In this document: in pieces, positions 19,589-28,760 of the stretch
Position numbering within the stretch: position 1 is the first letter of the stretch
Layout: every line of letters starts with the position of its first letter
DNA from: Spirochaetia bacterium
Lineage (GTDB): Bacteria > Spirochaetota > Spirochaetia > DSM-16054 > Sediminispirochaetaceae
DNA: 64,000 nucleotides
Direction: 5' to 3'
NCBI GenBank assembly: GCA_034520965.1
Contig: JAXHMY010000003.1
Coordinates: 128,001-192,000 of the forward strand
Made by a program: the position numbers and the translations under genes
Notes under the pieces: generated by a model
What the model was told of the DNA's origin: nothing
Database searches by the model: none
What the model saw: only the letters and a program-made list of their open reading frames with translations

Positions 19589-20572
19589 ATGAGCGTATAT
19601 ATTCGATCGATTGGTGCGTACGTACCTGAAAGACGTGTAAGCAACGATGAACTAGCCCAGACCGTAGATACATCCGATGAATGGATCCAATCACATACCG
19701 GAATACAAGCCCGTCATATTTGCAGCGACCAGGAGTCCACCAGCGATCTGGCGGTACATGCCGGTCGGCAGGCAATGGAGAGGGCCGGTATAGGTCCGGA
19801 CGAGATTGACCTAGTAATACTTGCCACCGCCTCACCGGACTTTCTCGGTTTTCCTTCAACCTCTTCTATCATCCAGGATAAATTGGAGCTGCCTAATTCG
19901 GGGGCCTTTGATCTGGTTGCCGGCTGCACCGGCTTTGTGTACGGACTGGAAACCGGACGAGCGATGATTGCCGCCGGCAGTGCCCGTAATGTGCTGTTGA
20001 TTGGAGCCGAGACCCTCTCGCGCATTACGAACTGGGAAGATCGCAACACCTGTGTATTATTTGGCGATGGAGCCGGAGCTGTGGTACTTTCCCAATCCCC
20101 TGATCCGGAGCGAGGCATTATCGATTCAATTCTGGGCTCAGAAGGAAAGGGTGCCGAACATCTCATTCGCCGGGCCGGGGGCTCACGCGAACCTTATACC
20201 GCCGGTAAAACTCCCGAAGAGAATCTGTATATTCAGATGAATGGGCGACAGGTTTATAACTTTGCAGTTCGTGTGAACACTGAAATTATAAAATCGCTCC
20301 TGGAACGAAACGAAATGGAGTATGAAGAGCTAAATTGGATCGTTCCCCACCAGGCGAACATTCGTATTATTCAAGCAGCAGCCAATCGGCTTAAGATGCC
20401 TATAGAGAAATTCTTTACCAATATCCATGAATATGCCAATACATCCGCCGCATCCATCCCAATCGCTTTAAATGAGATGTACGAAAATGACAAATTGTCT
20501 GCCGGTGATTATGTTTTGCTAACCGGCTTTGGTGCCGGGCTTACCTATGGAGGAAATTTGCTGCGTTGGTAG
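19589..20572 (+). CDS. fabH: Beta-ketoacyl-ACP synthase III
   Basis: AGCTGF, LFGDGAGA, PHQANIRI, ANTSAAS, GFGAGLT. Confidence 0.96.
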   Translation: MSVYIRSIGAYVPERRVSNDELAQTVDTSDEWIQSHTGIQARHICSDQESTSDLAVHAGRQAMERAGIGPDEIDLVILATASPDFLGFPSTSSIIQDKLELPNSGAFDLVAGCTGFVYGLETGRAMIAAGSARNVLLIGAETLSRITNWEDRNTCVLFGDGAGAVVLSQSPDPERGIIDSILGSEGKGAEHLIRRAGGSREPYTAGKTPEENLYIQMNGRQVYNFAVRVNTEIIKSLLERNEMEYEELNWIVPHQANIRIIQAAANRLKMPIEKFFTNIHEYANTSAASIPIALNEMYENDKLSAGDYVLLTGFGAGLTYGGNLLRW

Positions 20573-20628
20573 GCTGATGATAGGCCGTTAAGACAGTGCG
20601 GTCAAGGAAGGCTTTTTTTTTGACCTCG

Positions 20629-20649
20629 ATTTCGGCCGTTGACCGATAC
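20629..20649. promoter_or_regulatory. Putative operator overlapping fabD -35 box
   Basis: ATTTCGGCCGTTGACCGATAC, 17/21 identical to 19444-19464; contains TTGACC followed at N17 by TAAGGT. Confidence 0.55.
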
Positions 20650-20694
20650 CATCTAATTCGATAAGGTGTCTATAAGTACATAAGGAGGAAGAAT

Positions 20695-21639
20695 ATGCAG
20701 CTATGTTTTCTTTACCCCGGCCAGGGAGCACAGTACCCAGGTATGGGAAAAGATCTCTTCCAGGCAAGTACCGCAGTTAAAGAGCTGTTCGCCCTTGCCT
20801 CAGAGGCCTGCGGATGCGATACAGAAGCGCTCCTGTTTGATTCTAATGAAGATGAACTAAAACAGACTCAAAATACCCAGATTGCTATAACTTTAATGAA
20901 CCTGTCGGTACGGCGTTATCTGCTGGAGCACGGTATTGAATCCGACGGTGCTGCAGGTTTCAGCCTCGGAGAATGGTCGGCCTACGTTGATGCCGGGGTG
21001 TTCTCCGAACAGGAAGTATTCCCCATTGTAATGGAACGGGGACGGCTTATGGCCCAGGCCTCTGAAGACCTACAGTCCGGCGGCGCCCAGAGCGCCCAGA
21101 GCGGAATGGCTGCAGTTATCGGACTGCCCTCTGAAAAGGTAGACGAAGTTCTTTCGGCTGTCGAAGGGGCCTTTCCTGCCAATTATAACTCAAGCGAACA
21201 AACGGTAATCTCCGGAGATGCAGGTGCCATTGAAAGGGCATCCGATCTACTGAAAACCGCCGGGGCAAGAAGGGTAATTCCCCTGAAAGTATCAGGGCCT
21301 TTCCACACCCCCCTTCTCTTGCAGGCCGGGAGCGGTTTCGAAAAATTCCTGCATAATTATACCTTGCAGGACCCCAAAAAACCGCTGTATTCCAACGTGA
21401 TCGGCAGTAGCTTGAAAAGTTCAACCGACGTGTTCAGCAACGCTGTATTGCAAATCTCTTCCCCCGTACTCTGGACCCGTGAAGAAGCTGAAATTGCAGA
21501 CGGCGGATATACCATGTGTGTCGAGGCCGGCCCCGGTAAAGTGCTTACCGGCCTGTGGAAAAAGTCCGGACACAGCATCGAATGCCGGCCGGCCGGCAGC
21601 CTCGAGAAGCTTGATGAATTGATAGGAGAACTAGTATGA
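20695..21639 (+). CDS. fabD: Malonyl-CoA:ACP transacylase
   Basis: PGQGAQ, GFSLGE, VSGPFH, GPGKVL. Confidence 0.95.
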   Translation: MQLCFLYPGQGAQYPGMGKDLFQASTAVKELFALASEACGCDTEALLFDSNEDELKQTQNTQIAITLMNLSVRRYLLEHGIESDGAAGFSLGEWSAYVDAGVFSEQEVFPIVMERGRLMAQASEDLQSGGAQSAQSGMAAVIGLPSEKVDEVLSAVEGAFPANYNSSEQTVISGDAGAIERASDLLKTAGARRVIPLKVSGPFHTPLLLQAGSGFEKFLHNYTLQDPKKPLYSNVIGSSLKSSTDVFSNAVLQISSPVLWTREEAEIADGGYTMCVEAGPGKVLTGLWKKSGHSIECRPAGSLEKLDELIGELV

Positions 21640-22379
21640 ACTTTACAGGAAAAACTGTAGTTATAACCGGCGGATCACGTGGTATCGGCGAGGCCATTGG
21701 CGAGTCATTTGTTGAAGCCGGTGCACAGGTACATGTCCTCAGCCGCACAGAAAGCAGCCGTGCCGCGGAATTGCAGGAAAATGCAAAAACCGCCGGCGGC
21801 GTATATACCTGGCACGCCGCCGATATTACCGATCGTCCCGCCTTGGAAGAAGTACTCGACTCGATTTTGAAAGAGGAAGATGGAATTGATGTGCTGATAA
21901 ACAACGCCGGCATAACCCGTGACGGATTGTTAATGCGTATGAAAGACGAGGATTGGGATGCGGTTCTGCACACGAACCTCTCTTCTGTGTATACCGCCTG
22001 TAAGAAGGTAATACGTCCAATGTTGAAGGCACGCAGTGGAACCATCATCAATATCAGTTCGGTGGTCGGGATTATGGGAAATGCAGGGCAGACCAACTAC
22101 AGTGCTTCAAAGGCCGGACTGCTCGGTTTTACCAAAAGCCTGGCCCGAGAAGTTGCCTCCAGGGGAATACGGGTAAATGCAGTTGCTCCCGGGTACATAG
22201 AAACATCTATGACTGAGAAACTAAACGATGAGGCACGGACTGCCCTTGCCGAACAAATACCTTTAGGTCGAACGGGAAAACCCGCCGAGATAGCCTCTGC
22301 AGTTCTCTTTCTAGCCTCAGATGCCTCCGCCTACATTACCGGCCAGACGCTGGTTGTCGATGGCGGACTTGCAATGTAA
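21636..22379 (+). CDS. fabG: 3-oxoacyl-ACP reductase
   Basis: [25 protein letters not shown]. Confidence 0.96.
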   Translation: MNFTGKTVVITGGSRGIGEAIGESFVEAGAQVHVLSRTESSRAAELQENAKTAGGVYTWHAADITDRPALEEVLDSILKEEDGIDVLINNAGITRDGLLMRMKDEDWDAVLHTNLSSVYTACKKVIRPMLKARSGTIINISSVVGIMGNAGQTNYSASKAGLLGFTKSLAREVASRGIRVNAVAPGYIETSMTEKLNDEARTALAEQIPLGRTGKPAEIASAVLFLASDASAYITGQTLVVDGGLAM

Positions 22380-22412
22380 GATACAAGGGCAAGATATCAA
22401 CAGGAGATAACA

Positions 22413-23657
22413 ATGAATAGACGAGTAGTAATAACCGGTACAGGGGCGGTTACTCCCCTGGGACATACAGTAGATGAGTTTTGGAACAACATCAAAGCGG
22501 GCAAATCGGGCATCGGCCCCATCACTCGCCTTGACCCCACGGAGTATGCCTCGAAAATTGCGGGAGAGGTACGCGACTTTAACCCCGGCGATTTTATTGA
22601 TAAAAAAGACGCCCGCAAAATGGCACTGTTTAGCCAGTATGCAGTAGTGGCTGCAGTGCAGGCCATGCAGCAGGCAGGCCTTGAGGCTGATAAAGTCGAC
22701 TCGGAGCGCGCCGGGGTAATTCTGGGAAATGGCATTGGGGGGTTTGAGATTATTGAAGAGGGGCATCGAACCCTATTCGATAAGGGACCCCGTCGGGTTC
22801 CGCCCATGACCATTCCAAAAATAATCAGCAACGAAGGTCCCGGGCATATAGCAATTAAGTACGGTTTCCACGGTCCCTGTTACACCGTAGTTACTGCTTG
22901 CGCATCCGGAACCGATGCTATAGGGCAGGCTATGCGCGCCATTCAATACGGACAAACGGATGTAATGGTAACCGGGGGTACGGAAGGCTGTATAACAGGA
23001 TTAGGAGTATCGGGGTTTACCGCCCTAAAGGCACTTTCAACTCAGTACAACGACACTCCGGAAACTGCAAGCCGCCCCTTCGACAAGAACCGTGATGGTT
23101 TTGTAATTGCAGAAGGAGCAGGAATCCTCGTGCTTGAAGAACTTGAACATGCAAAGAGCCGCGGTGCGAACATTCTGGCGGAGGTTGCCGGTTATGGTAC
23201 CACCTGTGATGCATACCACTTGACCGCACCGGACCCAGAAGGTAATGGTGCGGCCAGAGCCATGAAGATGGCCCTTGACGACGCCGGTATGCAGCCCGAA
23301 GATATTGATTACATCAATGCCCACGGCACCAGCACTCCAACTAACGATCCGATTGAGACCGCCGCTATAAAGACAGCCTTCGGAGACCATGCCTATAAAG
23401 TAAAGGTCTCTTCCACTAAGTCCATGACCGGACATATGGTGGGTGCCGCCGGTGGGATTGAAGCAATAGTCGGAGTATTGGCTATCCGTAACAGTTTTAT
23501 TCCTGCTACTATAAACCTCGAAGAACCGGATGAAAAATGTGATCTGGATTATGTGCCCAATAAGGGCTTAGACGCCAAAGTTCGAGCGGTAATATCAAAC
23601 TCCCTCGGTTTTGGCGGCCATAATGGGGTAATCCTGATTAAGGAGTATTCTGTATGA
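22413..23657 (+). CDS. fabF: Beta-ketoacyl-ACP synthase II
   Basis: TACASG, INAHGTST, STKSMTGH, NSLGFGGHN. Confidence 0.96.
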   Translation: MNRRVVITGTGAVTPLGHTVDEFWNNIKAGKSGIGPITRLDPTEYASKIAGEVRDFNPGDFIDKKDARKMALFSQYAVVAAVQAMQQAGLEADKVDSERAGVILGNGIGGFEIIEEGHRTLFDKGPRRVPPMTIPKIISNEGPGHIAIKYGFHGPCYTVVTACASGTDAIGQAMRAIQYGQTDVMVTGGTEGCITGLGVSGFTALKALSTQYNDTPETASRPFDKNRDGFVIAEGAGILVLEELEHAKSRGANILAEVAGYGTTCDAYHLTAPDPEGNGAARAMKMALDDAGMQPEDIDYINAHGTSTPTNDPIETAAIKTAFGDHAYKVKVSSTKSMTGHMVGAAGGIEAIVGVLAIRNSFIPATINLEEPDEKCDLDYVPNKGLDAKVRAVISNSLGFGGHNGVILIKEYSV

Positions 23658-24079
23658 GCGAAATAGAGAAGTATATTCCCCATCGTGAGCCTTTCCTGCT
23701 GGTAGATTCGCTGGAATCATACGACGCTGAACGAATTGTGGGAAAAAAGCTGTTCAGCGAAGAGATGGTCTTTTTTGCAGGCCATTTTCCCGGATATCCG
23801 GTTGTTCCCGGGGTGCTGCTTATAGAATCAATGGCCCAGTGCGGCGGAGCCGGAGTAAATGCCCAGGGAACCCTTGGTGATGCCCTGTTTTTTCTGGCTA
23901 GCGTAGAAAAGGCAAAGTTCCGACGCCAGGTAAAACCAAACGAAGAAGTTCGATTCGAAATAGAAAACCTCAGAGTAACCTCCAGAACCCTTAAACAGAA
24001 GGGGAAGGCCTTTGTGGGAGAAGAACTAGCAGCCGAAGCCGAATGGCTTTGTCTGGTAGATACATCGCAACAAAAGTAG
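23654..24079 (+). CDS. fabZ: 3-hydroxyacyl-ACP dehydratase
   Basis: IPHREPFLLVD, FFAGHFPGYPVVPGVLLIESMAQ. Confidence 0.95.
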   Translation: MSEIEKYIPHREPFLLVDSLESYDAERIVGKKLFSEEMVFFAGHFPGYPVVPGVLLIESMAQCGGAGVNAQGTLGDALFFLASVEKAKFRRQVKPNEEVRFEIENLRVTSRTLKQKGKAFVGEELAAEAEWLCLVDTSQQK

Positions 24080-24092
24080 AAGGAAGGTATTA

Positions 24093-25346
24093 ATGATATC
24101 ACCAAAAATTCGCGGCGGCATCTGCATGAACGCCCATCCGGTCGGCTGCGCACGCGAGGTGCAGCTGCAGAAAGACTTTATTGAAAAGATTGATTTTTCT
24201 GCTGATTCGGCTCCGGATACCTCTCCGCCGACGGCCCAGACCGAAAAAACCGGCCGGCCTAGCAGTCAGGGGCCAAAAACAGTACTGATAATCGGCGGTT
24301 CCACCGGATATGGATTAGCCTCTAGAATAGTAGGCGCCTTCGGATATGGTGCGGAAACTATCAGTGTTTCCTTCGAGAGAGAACCCGGCGATAAGCGTCC
24401 GGCAACCGCCGGATGGTACAACACTCGCGCTTTTGACAAGCTGGCCGAAAAAGAGGGACTTGCCTCTTTCAGTTATAATGCAGATGCGTTTTCCCACGAG
24501 ACTCGCGAGAAAATCGGTTCCCTGCTGAAGGAGAGAGGCAAGAAAATTGATCTACTGGTATACAGCCTAGCCTCGGGAGTTCGACCCGACCCTGATACCG
24601 GAGAGGTGTACCGTTCGACACTTAAGCCTCTCGACAAAACCTACACTACCCGTTCGGTTGATTTTATGTCCGGTGCAATTTCGAAAGTGAGCCTTGAACC
24701 GGCCACCCAGGCAGAGATCGATTCCACGGTTAAGGTTATGGGCGGAGAAGATTGGCAGCTGTGGGTTGACTATCTGCAGCAGAATGAACTGGTAGATCAG
24801 GGTTTTCAAACTGTCGCCTACTCCTACATCGGTCCGGAGATAACCCATCCGATTTACCGTTCCGGTACTATCGGAAAAGCGAAGGAACACCTTGAGAATA
24901 CCGCGCATTATCTAAACTCGCAACTCGAAAGTATCAAAGGGGCGGCGTACGTCTCGATTAATAAAGCGGTAGTTACCCGTGCCAGTGCGGTGATTCCGGC
25001 GGTACCCCTTTATATCTCCTTATTGTTTTCGGTTATGAAAGAACAAGGGCTGCATGAGGGCTGTATTGAACAGATGGTTCGTCTCTACCGCAGGCGCCTG
25101 TACAGCGGATCGGAAATACCTACCGACAAGGCTGGTCGTATTCGGCTTGACGATTTTGAAATGAAGCCCGAAATTCAAAAGGAGGTTGAACAACGCTGGA
25201 AAAAGGTAACTGAGGAGAATCTTGACAGCCTCGGCGATATGGAAGGTTTCCGCAGCGACTTCCTCCGCATTCACGGTTTTCGGGTACCCGGAATCAACTA
25301 TGAGGATGAAGTGAATTTTTCTGATGTTCCGCTTCCCTCTGACTGA
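24093..25346 (+). CDS. fabV: Enoyl-ACP / trans-2-enoyl-CoA reductase
   Basis: NAHPVGC, GGSTGYGLASRI, YSLAS, VMGGEDW, Y-x8-K catalytic pair, HEGCIEQM. Confidence 0.93.
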   Translation: MISPKIRGGICMNAHPVGCAREVQLQKDFIEKIDFSADSAPDTSPPTAQTEKTGRPSSQGPKTVLIIGGSTGYGLASRIVGAFGYGAETISVSFEREPGDKRPATAGWYNTRAFDKLAEKEGLASFSYNADAFSHETREKIGSLLKERGKKIDLLVYSLASGVRPDPDTGEVYRSTLKPLDKTYTTRSVDFMSGAISKVSLEPATQAEIDSTVKVMGGEDWQLWVDYLQQNELVDQGFQTVAYSYIGPEITHPIYRSGTIGKAKEHLENTAHYLNSQLESIKGAAYVSINKAVVTRASAVIPAVPLYISLLFSVMKEQGLHEGCIEQMVRLYRRRLYSGSEIPTDKAGRIRLDDFEMKPEIQKEVEQRWKKVTEENLDSLGDMEGFRSDFLRIHGFRVPGINYEDEVNFSDVPLPSD

Positions 25347-25449
25347 AAAACAACTGACGACCAACAGCAGCCTATCGAAGCCGGCGCTTACATCCGACGC
25401 AATTAAGTGCTCCGACTAAAGCTTAAAAACAGGGTTAGTTCGAATTTAA

Positions 25450-26052
25450 CTAACCTTGTTTATTAAAACGAACAATCATATGCAGAACTGCAGGTTTACC
25501 GGACTTATTATAGATTGCATGGTCTACATCACAGTGGTAATTGATAAAATCTCCGGTGGAAATTTCAGTGTTGTTCGCACCCGCCTGTACTTCGACAGTT
25601 CCTTCAATAATACTTAGAAATTCCTCGGTCTGTGGAAAATGAGGTTCAGATTCCAGTTTCCCGCCGCTATCGATGGTCAGCAGGTACATCTCGAGGTCTT
25701 CGACCATGGAGAAAGGTGAGAGCACCCGGATGTGAACCCGCCCCTCTTCGGCATCAATAGTGGTAATATCATCTTTTCGGCTGACATTAAACTTTTTTTC
25801 GATATCGTCACTGCCCTTTAGCAGCACGTCGATGTCTACATTCAGTCCATTTGCAATTTTCCACAAAGTAACAACCGTAGGATTAACCTTATCAGTTTCG
25901 ATCTGTGAGAGCATTGCCTTTGAAACTCCACTTCGAGCCGAGAGGTGGCCGAGGGTCATGTTGAGCTTTCGCCGGATTTCTTGAATATTGCGCCCAATCT
26001 GAAAGGGCGCCCGTTCATTCTTATCGCTTCTGTATTTTACGCTTCCATCCAT
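25450..26052 (-). CDS. XRE-family HTH regulator with cupin domain
   Basis: SGVSKAMLSQIE..NPT..LWKIA; C-terminal cupin (EPH...EEF); start uncertain. Confidence 0.88.
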   Translation of the reverse strand: MDGSVKYRSDKNERAPFQIGRNIQEIRRKLNMTLGHLSARSGVSKAMLSQIETDKVNPTVVTLWKIANGLNVDIDVLLKGSDDIEKKFNVSRKDDITTIDAEEGRVHIRVLSPFSMVEDLEMYLLTIDSGGKLESEPHFPQTEEFLSIIEGTVEVQAGANNTEISTGDFINYHCDVDHAIYNKSGKPAVLHMIVRFNKQG

Positions 26053-26118
26053 TTGACAGGTACAATCTCGTTCAATATAATAAACAACCTTACACATTGT
26101 ACCCTTTAGAGAGAAGTA

Positions 26119-26859
26119 ATGTCAAGAAAAATGGAAATGGAATTAGACCGCTTTCAAGTAGTATTGGTAGAACCGGAGACTTCCGGCAATGTCGGGGCAG
26201 TCTGTCGGGCAATGAAAACCATGGGGTTTTCACGGTTAGTAATTGTAGGTCGGACTCCGGATTATTTCAACCTCGATCAGGTAAGGACTTTTGGGCTGCG
26301 CGCCCAGGAGCTGTTTGATAAGGCCCTGTTTGTGCCTAGCCTGCCCGAAGCCTTGGCAGGCAGTATACTCGGTGCCGGTATAACACGGCGTCGCGGTAAA
26401 TACCGAAAATACTTCTCCCTGCTTCCGGAACAGCTGGCGGAGCATGTTTCACATATGCAATCAGGTACTGTCTCATTGGTCTTTGGGCGTGAATCCGACG
26501 GACTGACCGATAAAGAACTGTCCTACTGTAATGTTGCAGTACACATACCTTCATCTGAACAGTTTCCCTCTCTTAATCTTTCCCATGCGGTACAGATTAT
26601 CACCTATACCCTTTCCCGTGAATATCGCCCGCCAATGCAGAGGTTTCAGTCCATTGATCAACAGCGGCTGTCCGAGCTGAGTCAGATAGTCACCGATTCA
26701 TTTAATGAGATAGGCTTTTTTAAGCAGAATGAGAAGAATGAGGTAGGAAGGTTTTTCAAAGATATATTCAGTCGTTCGGGTTTGTCGGAAAGTGAAGCAG
26801 CCCGCTTAATTAAAATGTTTCGTAAAATGGCAGGGCTTACGAGACATCGGCCTCGCTAA
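26119..26859 (+). CDS. SPOUT RNA methyltransferase (TrmJ/LasT type)
   Basis: LVEPETSGNVGAVCRAMK, VFGRESDGL, SLNLSHAV. Confidence 0.9.
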   Translation: MSRKMEMELDRFQVVLVEPETSGNVGAVCRAMKTMGFSRLVIVGRTPDYFNLDQVRTFGLRAQELFDKALFVPSLPEALAGSILGAGITRRRGKYRKYFSLLPEQLAEHVSHMQSGTVSLVFGRESDGLTDKELSYCNVAVHIPSSEQFPSLNLSHAVQIITYTLSREYRPPMQRFQSIDQQRLSELSQIVTDSFNEIGFFKQNEKNEVGRFFKDIFSRSGLSESEAARLIKMFRKMAGLTRHRPR

Positions 26860-28552
26860 GCTCGGTCAACTCGGCAGCCTTCTGCTGGAATTCGAAAATG
26901 CATGCCTGAATTGAATAAAACACCATTGGAAATAAGAAGTTGTAAAAATAGGTCCGTTGGTAAACCCGTTTTTCTCGATAGGTGTTCTCATACTCCATCC
27001 ATTCCCGTATGCTGTCCATATGCTGATCGTAGCTGGTAAAATCAAAATCGGGACGCTCCGGCAGTTGGTCAACCTTGACGGTATCCTGAACCCTTCCGAT
27101 CAATTCGAACAGATTGTAAATGCTGTAGTCGTTAAAAATAGCCTCATGAGCTGCCTCAGTGTCGCCGTTGTGTTCGCTTAAAATCCGCTCATACAAACTG
27201 GGAAGAATCGTCTTTAAAATCTCATGTTTTCGTATATAAATACCGCGGCGGGTAAACACAGACTCAAGCCCATTGATTACAAACCGGTTACCTCGATAGT
27301 ACTTGAGCATATCGAGTATCCGCTGAGCTCCTTCCTTCCCCTTATTTATTAATAAGTCTACCTGATTCATAATAGCTTCAGGAAGCCCGGGGTTTACCTG
27401 CACACTATAGGTATTAAACATGGCATTATGTTTATCCTTAAGTGTTACTTTTCCAAATTTAAAAAGCTCGTCCATGGTGATGTGTTTAAAGCTTCCAAAT
27501 AACGCCTCTGCCTCACGCTTAAAGCGTTTGTAATACTCGTCAACAGTACCGTTCTGCTTAAGAACATCATAAAAACCCTCTGAAATACGAAAGCCGCCCA
27601 CCGGAGCGGTTGACTCCATACGTTTAGCTTTAATTACCGGAACTCCGATTACATCCCACTGTTTAGCACCTTCCGGACCAAAATTACCTACCGTCACCTC
27701 GCCTATGTTCGCCCCGATTCTTACCCGAATTTGGAAAAAAGCGTTGATTGACGGGGAAAGCTCATTACTGGTACGCAGGGTTCTTATAATTTCAAAGGCC
27801 TTGGATATCGAACTTCGAGTACCAGGCTCCTCGTTATAAAGGAAACGGTCGTTGGCTTGATTAAACAAAAAGGCCACACGCTGCATCTCTACACAGGTAT
27901 AGAAAAGCTCCCGGGCAATGTATCGCTCCTGCTGATCTCGATCCATATCATGGACATTTGGATCCAGGGTACCGCCGAAATGGAACATCAGGCTGTCACC
28001 CTCAATTTTATTCAAATACCCCCCATGGCGGTTTAACACAAAATCAAAGGCAGCATACAGACCGTTTAAAACAGTTTGGTTTTCGTTTGGACTAAGAAAT
28101 TTAGACAGGAAAGTGTAATCGGCAATATCGATAAAACCAATTCCTACAAACTGCTCGGCTGTACTGGTAGGAATTTCACCCTTTTCAAGAATGGCGTTAA
28201 TCAGCTGCTTCGGCAGATAGTACTCTTCAATTCGCTTTCGAAAACTAATTTCTTCTGAGGCACGCTGCAGCTCTATAGCTGCATCCCGCTCCTCTACAAA
28301 ATCCCGAATGCGCTGCAACTCCTCAGTTTGCTCGCCTTTATTAACACGGACTTCATTGTCTTTTATGATTTTCCGTAACTCTTCGACCCGTTTATCCTCG
28401 GAATTCAGTAGTCCGTTGTTTCGCAACAACTCACGAAGGTACAAAGCTACATACTCAGGCGCAGTCTTGTATACCTCGGCAACCTCGAGCCCATGGGCAT
28501 AAATACCGTCTAAGGGTAACTGATTCCGCAGGGAAGCTTCATCTAACTGCAT
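26837..28552 (-). CDS. Soluble class III adenylate/guanylate cyclase-domain protein
   Basis: FIDIADYT, KIEGDSLM, RIGANIGEVTVGNFG, WDVIG..AKRMES. Confidence 0.85.
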   Translation of the reverse strand: MQLDEASLRNQLPLDGIYAHGLEVAEVYKTAPEYVALYLRELLRNNGLLNSEDKRVEELRKIIKDNEVRVNKGEQTEELQRIRDFVEERDAAIELQRASEEISFRKRIEEYYLPKQLINAILEKGEIPTSTAEQFVGIGFIDIADYTFLSKFLSPNENQTVLNGLYAAFDFVLNRHGGYLNKIEGDSLMFHFGGTLDPNVHDMDRDQQERYIARELFYTCVEMQRVAFLFNQANDRFLYNEEPGTRSSISKAFEIIRTLRTSNELSPSINAFFQIRVRIGANIGEVTVGNFGPEGAKQWDVIGVPVIKAKRMESTAPVGGFRISEGFYDVLKQNGTVDEYYKRFKREAEALFGSFKHITMDELFKFGKVTLKDKHNAMFNTYSVQVNPGLPEAIMNQVDLLINKGKEGAQRILDMLKYYRGNRFVINGLESVFTRRGIYIRKHEILKTILPSLYERILSEHNGDTEAAHEAIFNDYSIYNLFELIGRVQDTVKVDQLPERPDFDFTSYDQHMDSIREWMEYENTYREKRVYQRTYFYNFLFPMVFYSIQACIFEFQQKAAELTELSEADVS

Positions 28553-28760
28553 CAACAACACTCCAATCAATCTCTGTTAGGGTAATATAACACACAGCAA
28601 AAGATTATTACAGTTTTCCCGTCGTGTCGAGCTGAATTCTGATTTTTCAATACCATCAGTCCTTCTCCCCAGGCCCTTCGAAAATAAAGCTGCAACCATA
28701 ACGCACTTAGAATGGATAGATTTACTGTACAGATTTGCTAAATTATGCTACATAAGTAGT

